Assembly: GCA_045126915.1 (NCBI GenBank)
Contig: JBGVPH010000012.1
Location: 9,264 to 73,263, forward strand
Direction of reading: 5' to 3'
Length of the DNA stretch: 64,000 bases
Source of the DNA: Candidatus Cryptobacteroides sp.
Lineage (GTDB): Bacteria > Bacteroidota > Bacteroidia > Bacteroidales > UBA932
This document shows, piece by piece, positions 55,831-64,000 of this stretch. The notes beneath the pieces were generated by a model. That model ran no database searches. It saw only the letters and a list, made by a program, of their open reading frames with translations, and was not told the origin of the DNA. The position numbers and the translations under genes were made by a program. Every line of letters starts with the position of its first letter. Within the stretch, counting starts at the first letter, position 1.

Positions 55831-56400
55831 CTATTTCGAGAGGAAGTCACCGACTACTTTTTCTGCTTCAGCTTTTGCTGTCTGAAGGTCGTCGTTGATG
55901 AGCACATAGTCGAACTTTCCGTCAGCGAATTCCATCTCTGATGCGGCCTTTGCAACTCGTCTTTCGATAGCTTCCTCTGTGTCTGTGCCTCTTCCTACGA
56001 GTCTTTCGCGAAGAACTTCAACAGATGGAGCCTGTATGAACACTGACAGAGCCTTGTCTCCAAAGAACTTCTTGAGATTTACTCCTCCCTGTACGTCGAT
56101 GTCGAAGATAATGGTGTGACCCTTTGCCCAGATTCTGTCAACTTCTGACTTCAGTGTTCCGTAGAATGAGCCTGCATACACCTCTTCGTATTCAACAAAG
56201 CTATCTTCTGCTATCAGTTTGCGGAATTCATCCGATGAGAAGAAATAGTACTCGATGCCGTGCTTTTCCTGTCCGCGAGGCGCTCTGGATGTAGCTGAAA
56301 TGGAGAATTCAAGTTCTGGATACTTGGCCAGAAGATGATTCACAATTGTACTTTTGCCTGCGCCTGATGGTGCCGAGAAGATAATTACCTTGTTGTTCAT
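55831..56400 (-). CDS. gmk: guanylate kinase
   Basis: SAPSGAGKST, SATSRAPR, EYEEVY...YGT, DIDVQG. Confidence 0.96.
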   Translation of the reverse strand: MNNKVIIFSAPSGAGKSTIVNHLLAKYPELEFSISATSRAPRGQEKHGIEYYFFSSDEFRKLIAEDSFVEYEEVYAGSFYGTLKSEVDRIWAKGHTIIFDIDVQGGVNLKKFFGDKALSVFIQAPSVEVLRERLVGRGTDTEEAIERRVAKAASEMEFADGKFDYVLINDDLQTAKAEAEKVVGDFLSK

Positions 56401-56494
56401 AAATCTTAAAGGAATCTTTTTAAATTTCCGCAAAATTAACTATTTTTGCGAGGATTTTGCGACAAGTAAACGATTTTTTAAAAATTATAGAATT

Positions 56495-57493
56495 ATGATT
56501 TCTTACAAAGAACTTGGTCTTGTGAACACAAGAGAAATGTTTGCAAAGGCTATCGAAGGCGGTTACGCTATTCCAGCTTTCAACTTTAACAACATGGAGC
56601 AGCTCCAGGCAATCATTCAGGCTGCTGCTGAGACAAAGTCTCCAGTTATCCTTCAGGTGTCTAAGGGTGCTCGTCAGTACGCTAACCAGACTCTTCTCCG
56701 TTATATGGCAGAGGGTGCTGTAGAGTTTGCTAAGGAGCTCGGTTGGGAAAACCCACAGATCGTTCTTCACCTTGATCATGGTGATTCATTCGAGACTTGC
56801 AAGAGCTGTATCGACATGGGCTTCTCTTCAGTAATGATCGATGGTTCACACCTTTCATATGAGGACAACGTAGCTCTTACAAAGAAGGTTGTTGATTACG
56901 CACACCAGTTTGACGTAACAGTTGAGGGTGAGCTCGGAGTACTCGCAGGTGTTGAGGATGAGGTTAGCTCAGACCACCACACTTACACTAAGCCTGAGGA
57001 GGTTGTTGACTTCGTTACAAGAACAGGTTGCGATTCACTTGCTATCTCAATCGGAACATCACACGGTGCATACAAGTTCACTCCAGAGCAGTGCACAGTT
57101 GATCCAGAGACTGGTCTCCTCGTACCTCCTATGCTCGCATTCGACGTTCTCGAGGGTGTTGAGAGAGAGCTTCCAGGTTTCCCTATCGTTCTCCACGGTT
57201 CTTCATCAGTTCCACAGGAGGAGGTTGAGACTATCAACAAGTACGGTGGTGCTCTTAAGGCAGCTATCGGTATTCCTGAGCCATGGCTTCGTAAGGCAGC
57301 TGAGTCAGCAGTATGTAAGATCAACATCGACTCAGACTCACGTCTTGCAATGACTGCAGCTATCCGCGAGGTATTCGCAACTAAGCCTGCAGAGTTCGAC
57401 CCACGTAAGTACCTCGGTCCTGCACGTGACAACATGAAGAAGCAGTACATCCACAAGATCGTTAACGTTCTTGGTTCAAACGGTAAGGCTTAA
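56495..57493 (+). CDS. fba: class II fructose-bisphosphate aldolase
   Basis: AIPAFN, LHLDHG, SSVMIDGS, EGELG, GTSHGAYK, VLHG.S, KINIDSD. Confidence 0.96.
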   Translation: MISYKELGLVNTREMFAKAIEGGYAIPAFNFNNMEQLQAIIQAAAETKSPVILQVSKGARQYANQTLLRYMAEGAVEFAKELGWENPQIVLHLDHGDSFETCKSCIDMGFSSVMIDGSHLSYEDNVALTKKVVDYAHQFDVTVEGELGVLAGVEDEVSSDHHTYTKPEEVVDFVTRTGCDSLAISIGTSHGAYKFTPEQCTVDPETGLLVPPMLAFDVLEGVERELPGFPIVLHGSSSVPQEEVETINKYGGALKAAIGIPEPWLRKAAESAVCKINIDSDSRLAMTAAIREVFATKPAEFDPRKYLGPARDNMKKQYIHKIVNVLGSNGKA

Positions 57494-57515
57494 TCATCAA
57501 TAAGATACCAAAATG

Positions 57516-57547
57516 AAGGAGACCCTTGTACGGGTCTCCTTTTTTAT
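57516..57547 (+). terminator. intrinsic terminator after fba
   Basis: aaggagaccc/gggtctcctt stem followed by a T tract. Confidence 0.8.
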
Positions 57548-57583
57548 TTATCTTTGTACGTTTAGACAAACATTCGTACGAAT

Positions 57584-58462
57584 ATGAGAAATATTTTCCT
57601 TTCGGTGGCAATGGCTGCCGTCATTATGTTGACTTCTTGTAAGAATGATGCAGGTGAAGTCATAGCTCTTAGACTTGATCAGACCGAAATCGAGCTTGTC
57701 AAAGGTTCTGAGATTCAGCTCCATGCTGTAACTGTACCAGCATCCGACGTGTCGGAATTCGAGTGGTACTCAAGTATGCCTGAATATGTATCTGTAAGTC
57801 CTGCTGGAGTAGTTAAGGCAGAAAAGATATACTACAAGAATTCAACAGATGCTGAGGCGACTCCGGTTTCGATATATTGCAGATATAAGGCTGGCGCAGC
57901 AGAGTGCAAGGTTACTGTTCTCCCACTCAATGTGGAGAGCATTGAGATCAAGCTTGCCGATGGTTCATCTGAGGCTCTCGTGCTTAACCCTGGTGAGGAA
58001 AAGATGCTTCAGGTTGTCTTTCATCCGGCAGATGCAGATGTTGAACTCGATCAGCTCCAGTGGTCTACAACAGCATTTGAATATGCGGTTGTAGCAAAGG
58101 ATAAGACCGATGGAAGCAAGGCTAAGGTTACAGCAGTGTGGCCGGGAAGTGCTTCTATAAAGGCTGAATACGGACAGAAATCCGCAATGCTCAATCTTAT
58201 TGTACGTCCAATCAATGCTACAAGTGTAACTATTGCTGGTCCTGAGGAGGTGCAGCTTAAAGTAGGTCAGGCAGTTCAGATGTCTGCAAGTTTCCTACCT
58301 GCAAATGCAACTGTAGACCTTGTGTGGAATTCTCTTGATACCAATATCGCTTCTGTTGATTCTGAAGCAGGTGTTGTCACAGCTCTTGCTGAAGGAACTG
58401 CGGAAATCAAGGTTGTGGCAGGTCTTGTTGAAGACATAGTTACTGTCAAGGTGAGCAAATAA
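57584..58462 (+). CDS. lipoprotein with three bacterial Ig-like (Big_2) domains
   Basis: lipobox LTSC; repeats such as WYSSMPEYVSVSPAGVV, WSTTAFEYA.V, WNSLDTNIASVD..GVVTA. Confidence 0.8.
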   Translation: MRNIFLSVAMAAVIMLTSCKNDAGEVIALRLDQTEIELVKGSEIQLHAVTVPASDVSEFEWYSSMPEYVSVSPAGVVKAEKIYYKNSTDAEATPVSIYCRYKAGAAECKVTVLPLNVESIEIKLADGSSEALVLNPGEEKMLQVVFHPADADVELDQLQWSTTAFEYAVVAKDKTDGSKAKVTAVWPGSASIKAEYGQKSAMLNLIVRPINATSVTIAGPEEVQLKVGQAVQMSASFLPANATVDLVWNSLDTNIASVDSEAGVVTALAEGTAEIKVVAGLVEDIVTVKVSK

Positions 58463-58487
58463 TGATTAATTTTCAATCAAGAGATTT

Positions 58488-61400
58488 ATGAAAAACTTTT
58501 TTCGTTTCCTTGTAATAGCTCTGTTGTCGTCTGCTGTGTTTGCCGGTTGTAACACTGGTGAACTGGTCAATCCTGTACTTCTGGAACTTGACAGGTCCAA
58601 TATGAAGATGACGGTAGGACAGAGCCAGCAGTTGAATGCTGTTCTTAAGGGAAGTGATGAAGACTGTCTCTGGAAGACTGCAGATGCTTCTGTAGCAACA
58701 GTTGATCAGAATGGTCTTGTTACTGCGGTTGCTGCAGGCAAGACTGTCATTACTGTTCAGGCTGGCGAGGTCTCAACTGATTGTAATGTGGAAGTTGTCG
58801 ATTTCAAGGCTGATGCTCTGGAGCTTAACGAAGACATACAGAATAATCTCCTGGTAGTCAATGCAGGGCAGGAATATCAGTTGGTCCCTAAATTCTATAA
58901 GGGTGGCGAAAAGGTAAATGATATGGCTTTCCCTGTTTTCAAAGCAGAGAACGCCGTTCCTTCAAGAAACGGAGAAGAGGTTGCTACTATAGATCAGAAC
59001 GGATTGATCAAGGCCCTTGCACCTGGTAAGGTCACTATGTCTGTTTCCGGTGCCGGAGTAAGCAAGTCATTTACACTTATGGTGAAAGAAGTCACCTTGG
59101 ACAAGACTTCACTTCAGCTCTTTGTAGAGGAATCTGCAGATTTGTCTGTGACTGTACTTCCTACAGAACTTCCGGAGTCTGAAAGGCTTGTAGAGTGGTA
59201 TTCTTCAGATAAGGAGAGTGTCTCGGTTGATGCCAGTGGACATGTAAGAGGATTGAAGGTTACATCAGAGCCTGTTGAGATCTCTGCTGTATCAAGAAAT
59301 GTTACTGCTATATGTCTGGTTACAGTCGTAGAGTTTACTGCACATTCAGTCGATATTACAAATCTTGATGAAGTCGTAAGAAAACACGATAATAAGTATG
59401 AGATGTATGTTGGCGACATTCCTGTTACTTTGGTAGCTCAGTTCAAGGATGCAGCAGGTAACGATGTTTCCAATAAGGTGACTAACAGAACCTTCATATC
59501 ATCAGACAATTCAGTAGCGTCAATTTCTCAGACCGGTGAACTGAAGGCGCTGGCATCCGGAAAGACCACTATCACTGTCTCTGGAGCTGGTGTGGAGAAA
59601 TCATTTGAACTCAATGTCATTCAGGGAGTGGAAAGTCTTCAGATAGACCCTTCCGGAACAAAGACCGTATTCAAGGGTGATGAACCGTTTAAGCTCAATG
59701 CAGTTGTTTACCCTGAAAATGCAACAGTAAAAACGGTTTCATATACTTCCGACAAGCCTGAAGTTGCATCTGTTGATGCTCAGACCGGACTTGTTACCAT
59801 ACTCAAGGATGGAGTTGCAAGAATTACAGTCACTACTGATGGCTTTAAGAGACCTATTAAGGGAGATGATGGCAACTACGTACACGAGAAGCTTTCTTCA
59901 GTACTTCTTCTTACTGTAGTTGACAAGTCTTCTGCTAACTCAAAAGTAACCATATCGGCTGAAAATATTGTAGATGGTACACTTGTTATCCAGAAGGGCT
60001 CTACAGTTCAGCTTACTGCTGCCACTGATCCGACCGGTTACGACGGAACTTACAGTTGGATGGTTACAAATGATGTAATTTCAGTCGATGACAACGGTAA
60101 ACTTACAGCAGTGGCAGTAGGTTCGTCGGTTGTTGCGGTTCTTGCAGCATCTGAGGCTTGGGGAACAGCTATGGGTGAACTTCCAGTAAATGTTACAGGA
60201 GTCAACCCTACATCTATTGAGATTACTAATGGTGAGAGCATCAAGACATCAGTTGCTGATCCTCCTATAGTGCTTGTTGCAAAGGCTACAGCTCCATCTA
60301 ATGCTGATTTTGCAGGTGTTAATTGGTATTCTTCAGATGAGAAGGTTGTCAAGGTTTCTCAGGATGGAAAACTTTCATACACCGGAGTCGGCAAGGCTGT
60401 GATAACAGCTAAAGCAAAGACATGGGATGGTAAGGATGAACTTTCAGGTGTTTCTGATACATTTGAGATTGAAACCCTCAATGCTGCAATCACAGATTTT
60501 GATATTGTGTGGAAAGAAGGTGGCATGTTCATTTCTGACCGCTATTATGTTGAGGAAGGTGAGACAATCACGCTTGGATATGAGACCATTCCTATGGGTG
60601 CTGTTCCAAATACAGTAAGTTGGAGATCAAGCTCAGACACCAATGCAACAGTTTCTGCGAACGGAGTTGTCACCGGTAGGGAGTGCTCTGTTCCTAAGGG
60701 AAGTGAAGTGATCATCACATGTATCATTGATGGCTCGATTGAGAGAGAATTCAAGCTTATGGTTGTTGAAAAACAGCCTGAGGATATTACAGTTACTCTT
60801 CCTGGCCGTGCGTTGAAGGTTGATGAGGAGTGGAATCTTAATCCTAAGGTCATACCAGAGTCTTTGGGACTTTATGCAAATCCATCTTTCGGAGTTCCAG
60901 TGCAAAATGGTATTTTCAAGACTTCTGTTCCTGGAACATACTATGTGGGATTCTATGTCAGTGGTTCACAGTCGGAAAGTGTTATTCTGACTCTTCAGAG
61001 GACATTTACAGTTAACGTGGAGCCATATTGGGTCGAGTCTGTGTCGATACCTGCAACTGCGGATATGGAGTTAGGAACAACAATGGTAATTGCACCAAAC
61101 TTCAAGTCGGATGTGGATGGTGTAGAGCCTACATATAAGGATGTTAAGTGGGAATCATTGGATCCTGCCATCGCTTCTGTAAATGAACGTACAGGTGAGA
61201 TTACTGCGCATAAGGCAGGTACTGTACAGATTAAGGTAACAACCAATAATGACTGGTCTGTTCCTGACGGTACGACACATAAGTCGGCGGTTTGTACATT
61301 GACTGTGAAAAATTCAGGTATTTCTCTCAATGTTGGTGATTACTATTACTCGGATGGTACTTGGTCAAGTCAGCTTGATCCTGCCAAGACTGTTATCGGT

Positions 61401-61991
61401 GTAGTATTCGCAAAGGTTAATGCCGCATCATCAGATCTTAAGATGTCTGCAGATAAGCCTGAATGTACTCATGGACTTGTAGTAAGTACTGTAGAATACA
61501 CTTCAGCATATACGAAGAATAGAAGCTGGAGTCTAAGGGATGCTGAGTCTTGGATGTACAACAATGGATATACTCAGTATAAGGATACAGGTAAGCCTGT
61601 CGGTTATTCTAACACTAAGGGCTTCATTGAGTTGCACGATGCTAGGGTAGAGTCATATGGCTATACTATAGATTTTGCTCTCTATGGTTCAGATTCTCCA
61701 GTAAGAACACATAGAAACGCGGTTGCCGCTCCATCTGCAACAACAGATTGGTATATTCCTTCATTCAAGGAAATGCAGTTGCTTTCTGAAGCAATGAGCA
61801 TCATCAATCCGGTTATCGAGAGCTTGTCAGGCACGAAGGTAGGTACAGAATACCCTTATCAGTATTGGTGCAGTACCAGTGACTATGATGGAATTGGAGT
61901 AAGAGCTGTGACTATGGATAATGGTCAGTGGATGGCTACTGGTAAGACCGAGTCTTCTGCTCTTCCTGTGAGGGTGATACTCGCTTTCTAG
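58488..61991 (+). CDS. large surface lipoprotein: about 10 Big_2 Ig-like domains plus a C-terminal DUF1566/C-type-lectin-like domain
   Basis: lipobox FAGC; repeated W.S.D..VA.V...G.V.A...G motifs; tip domain VGDYYYSDG.W, HGLVVS, WYIPS.KEM, YWCST, VRVILAF*. Confidence 0.78.
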   Translation: MKNFFRFLVIALLSSAVFAGCNTGELVNPVLLELDRSNMKMTVGQSQQLNAVLKGSDEDCLWKTADASVATVDQNGLVTAVAAGKTVITVQAGEVSTDCNVEVVDFKADALELNEDIQNNLLVVNAGQEYQLVPKFYKGGEKVNDMAFPVFKAENAVPSRNGEEVATIDQNGLIKALAPGKVTMSVSGAGVSKSFTLMVKEVTLDKTSLQLFVEESADLSVTVLPTELPESERLVEWYSSDKESVSVDASGHVRGLKVTSEPVEISAVSRNVTAICLVTVVEFTAHSVDITNLDEVVRKHDNKYEMYVGDIPVTLVAQFKDAAGNDVSNKVTNRTFISSDNSVASISQTGELKALASGKTTITVSGAGVEKSFELNVIQGVESLQIDPSGTKTVFKGDEPFKLNAVVYPENATVKTVSYTSDKPEVASVDAQTGLVTILKDGVARITVTTDGFKRPIKGDDGNYVHEKLSSVLLLTVVDKSSANSKVTISAENIVDGTLVIQKGSTVQLTAATDPTGYDGTYSWMVTNDVISVDDNGKLTAVAVGSSVVAVLAASEAWGTAMGELPVNVTGVNPTSIEITNGESIKTSVADPPIVLVAKATAPSNADFAGVNWYSSDEKVVKVSQDGKLSYTGVGKAVITAKAKTWDGKDELSGVSDTFEIETLNAAITDFDIVWKEGGMFISDRYYVEEGETITLGYETIPMGAVPNTVSWRSSSDTNATVSANGVVTGRECSVPKGSEVIITCIIDGSIEREFKLMVVEKQPEDITVTLPGRALKVDEEWNLNPKVIPESLGLYANPSFGVPVQNGIFKTSVPGTYYVGFYVSGSQSESVILTLQRTFTVNVEPYWVESVSIPATADMELGTTMVIAPNFKSDVDGVEPTYKDVKWESLDPAIASVNERTGEITAHKAGTVQIKVTTNNDWSVPDGTTHKSAVCTLTVKNSGISLNVGDYYYSDGTWSSQLDPAKTVIGVVFAKVNAASSDLKMSADKPECTHGLVVSTVEYTSAYTKNRSWSLRDAESWMYNNGYTQYKDTGKPVGYSNTKGFIELHDARVESYGYTIDFALYGSDSPVRTHRNAVAAPSATTDWYIPSFKEMQLLSEAMSIINPVIESLSGTKVGTEYPYQYWCSTSDYDGIGVRAVTMDNGQWMATGKTESSALPVRVILAF

Positions 61992-62007
61992 CAGAAACTT
62001 GATAATG

Positions 62008-62038
62008 ATAAGGGGCTGACTTCAAGTCAGCCCCTTAT
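62008..62038. terminator. bidirectional terminator between the adhesin-like gene and ppa
   Basis: 13-bp stem ataaggggctgac/gtcagccccttat. Confidence 0.8.
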
Positions 62039-62054
62039 TTGTTGCTATATGATA

Positions 62055-62678
62055 TTACTTCGATGCGATGTAATCGTTGTAGTCTTCCATTGAACGAGTG
62101 ATAACCTCTTTGGCTACATCCGGTCCATAGATGCTGATGAACTGCATTCTGCTGGTGTGTTCTCCAGGGATGTCCTTGTATGTGCTGAAATAGTGGATGA
62201 GACGACGGATGATGTCTGCAGGAACCTGCTCGATGTCTGTCATCATTCCATAAACAGCGTCACTCTTAAGAACAGCGATAATCTTGTCGTCAGCCTGATT
62301 GTGATCAAGAAGTCTGAGACCTCCGATAGGACGTGCGTTAACAATGATGTCGCCATGAGTCACATCCTTTTCTGTAAGTATACAGATATCCAATGGGTCG
62401 CCGTCACCTTCCACATCAAATCTTACAAGCGCCTTGTTTGTAAGTTCTGCCATCTTAGGTCCGCAATATGTTTTTGGAAGGAAGCCATATAGAGACGGTA
62501 CGATGTTGGAGAATTTCTGTGGACGGTCAAGCGAAAGATAGCCTGACTCTTTGTCTACTTCGTATTTTACTGTGTCAGTCGGCACAATTTCGATGAAGGC
62601 CCTTACTTCGTCCGGAACGTTCTTTCCGAGGCTGATACCATGCCAAGGATGGGCTTTATGTGCTTTGCTATAATCCAT
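62055..62678 (-). CDS. ppa: family I inorganic pyrophosphatase
   Basis: HPWHG, KYEVDK..G...DR, YGFLP, DGDPLDI, ADDKIIAV, F..YK. Confidence 0.93.
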   Translation of the reverse strand: MDYSKAHKAHPWHGISLGKNVPDEVRAFIEIVPTDTVKYEVDKESGYLSLDRPQKFSNIVPSLYGFLPKTYCGPKMAELTNKALVRFDVEGDGDPLDICILTEKDVTHGDIIVNARPIGGLRLLDHNQADDKIIAVLKSDAVYGMMTDIEQVPADIIRRLIHYFSTYKDIPGEHTSRMQFISIYGPDVAKEVITRSMEDYNDYIASK

Positions 62679-62703
62679 TTGAATAGTTTTAAGTTCTGCA
62701 AAG

Positions 62704-63207
62704 TTATATATTTTTTATCTTTTCCCCTATGATTCTTGCAGAAATCCCTACCAATTCCTCGCAAGGACGCTTCTTATAGTATTCCGGTGTGCGGTCTGAG
62801 GGTACAGGAGATTCAGGAATACCGTGTATATCTGTCGAGCCTGACTGTGCCTGAGTACAGGCAGACAGCCCAAGAAGTTCACGGCATATGATGGAACCAT
62901 TGATTGCTTTGAATTCTCCGGCCACTTCCTGCACTAGAGCATAATTCGCTGTTCTTGCTGCCTTGTCTGACGGATTGTCGGCAGGGGATATCAGGCCGCT
63001 CAGAAATACCATTCCGCTGACACTTCCGCACACTTCGCGCATACGTCCCATTCCTCCGCCAAAACCGGAGGCTATGCTTGCAGCCGTCTTGTCGTCAAGA
63101 CCAAAGACATCATTATATGCCAGAACCACTGCCTGACAGCAGTTATATCCACCTTCCTTGAAAAGTCTCTTTGCCTTTTCTACTCTTTCTTCGACATCTA
63201 TTTTCAT
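62704..63207 (-). CDS. C-GCAxxG-C-C family putative redox protein
   Basis: GYNCCQAV, GFGGGMG...VCG.VSG, IICRELLG, terminal C. Confidence 0.85.
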   Translation of the reverse strand: MKIDVEERVEKAKRLFKEGGYNCCQAVVLAYNDVFGLDDKTAASIASGFGGGMGRMREVCGSVSGMVFLSGLISPADNPSDKAARTANYALVQEVAGEFKAINGSIICRELLGLSACTQAQSGSTDIHGIPESPVPSDRTPEYYKKRPCEELVGISARIIGEKIKNI

Positions 63208-64000
63208 TACATTCTGTTGATTTTGAGTACATTCTTCTTGTTGCGGATCATTGAGATGACCTTGTCAAGTTCCAGATTGCTCGGTACAGCTATCTTCATA
63301 GTGATGTCGTATGTTCCCTGACGGCCATTCTCGCTTACATTGAACATTCGGATTGATGCCCTGAATGAATTGACCACATCCATTATCTCATTTATAACGG
63401 AAGGTTCAAGAGCAGTCACGACTCTGAGACCTGTCTGGAAATTACCGCTACTAGGAGTCTCGCTCCATTTCACTTTCTGAATCCTGTATGGATACATCTC
63501 CAGAAGTCTTGCTGCGTTAGGGCATGACATTCTGTGGATCTTGATGCCTTCTGTACGGGTTACAAAGCCGAAAACATCATCTCCGAACACCGGATTGCAG
63601 CATCGCGCCATTCTGTAGTCGATTCCTCTGACATTTTTTGCATCAATTACCAGGATGTCATCATTTCCCTTACTTGATCCAATATCACTCTTGACCTTGC
63701 TGTCCGGAACAGTAACTTCAGTCGTCTGATTTGCCATTTCCTGAATGAAGGTCTTGACAGTTGCAACGTCAAACGTCTCGTCTCCGATTGCTGCATAGAA
63801 GGCATTCAGCGTCTTGAACTGATATTTCTTCAGCAATGCAGCCATTGTCTCATCGTCGACTTCCATCTTCCAGTTCTTGAGCCTTCTTCCCAGTATTTCC
63901 TTGCCGTCTGCTGCCTTCTGGAACTCAGCCTCGCTCATCTTCTGTTTGATCTTTGTGCGAGCCTTGTTTGTTACGACGATATTCAGCCAGTCTGCAGAAG
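63207..64000 (-). CDS. RelA/SpoT family (p)ppGpp synthetase/hydrolase, C-terminal part (5' end lies beyond the window)
   Basis: frame stays open to the window edge (..DWLNIVVTNKARTKIK..); ARCCNPVFGDDVFGF....GIKIHR..CPN, then an ACT-like C-terminus. Confidence 0.9.
   Translation of the reverse strand, partial: SADWLNIVVTNKARTKIKQKMSEAEFQKAADGKEILGRRLKNWKMEVDDETMAALLKKYQFKTLNAFYAAIGDETFDVATVKTFIQEMANQTTEVTVPDSKVKSDIGSSKGNDDILVIDAKNVRGIDYRMARCCNPVFGDDVFGFVTRTEGIKIHRMSCPNAARLLEMYPYRIQKVKWSETPSSGNFQTGLRVVTALEPSVINEIMDVVNSFRASIRMFNVSENGRQGTYDITMKIAVPSNLELDKVISMIRNKKNVLKINRM

Noticed and set aside
35277-61991. Complete diversity-generating retroelement
   Set aside because: Two CLec-like candidate targets exist, but I found no reverse transcriptase ORF and no second copy (template repeat) of either 3' end in this window
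62820-62870. Possible REP-derived insert in the C-GCAxxG-C-C gene (SACTQAQSGSTDIHG)
   Set aside because: Only a 6-bp stem and an 11/12 match to the spacer of the 20933-21041 doublet; no GTCAT cap, so it could be chance
1-64000. CRISPR array, rRNA or tRNA genes
   Set aside because: No regularly spaced direct repeats with unique spacers and no cloverleaf or rRNA-like tracts; nearly all sequence is accounted for by CDSs

Overview
A 64-kb chromosomal stretch of an anaerobic Bacteroidales bacterium. The assignment rests on recurrent TAnnTTTG -7 promoter boxes, Bacteroidetes-type AddAB, DUF4290, DUF3822, an Hc1-like protein and lipoprotein signal peptides. Most genes are housekeeping: rsmG, polA, rbfA, tyrS, tpiA, pth, rplY, purC, pgi, manA, addAB, ftsK, ackA-ptb-buk-glpABC, rsmD, nadD, gmk, fba, ppa and a partial relA/spoT. 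I found no rRNA, tRNA, CRISPR array, transposase, integrase or reverse transcriptase. The signals not explained by the gene list are: (i) a 169-bp non-autonomous element with perfect 21-bp terminal inverted repeats flanked by TA (MITE-like); (ii) a family of (C)GTCAT-capped palindromic repeats at several intergenic sites, one array of which has been captured in frame inside a gene; (iii) a cassette between purC and pgi in which umuDC is divergently and tightly linked to a gene resembling phage Hef-like endonucleases with a Mom-like GNAT C-terminal half; (iv) an apparent six-gene ackA-ptb-buk-glpABC operon; (v) several modular surface lipoproteins (collagen/BACON/triple repeat; about 10 Ig-like domains plus a C-type-lectin-like tip; FISUMP); (vi) an unlisted 57-aa histone-H1-like gene and a structured rplY leader. 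All family assignments come from motif recognition by eye; no database searches were run.
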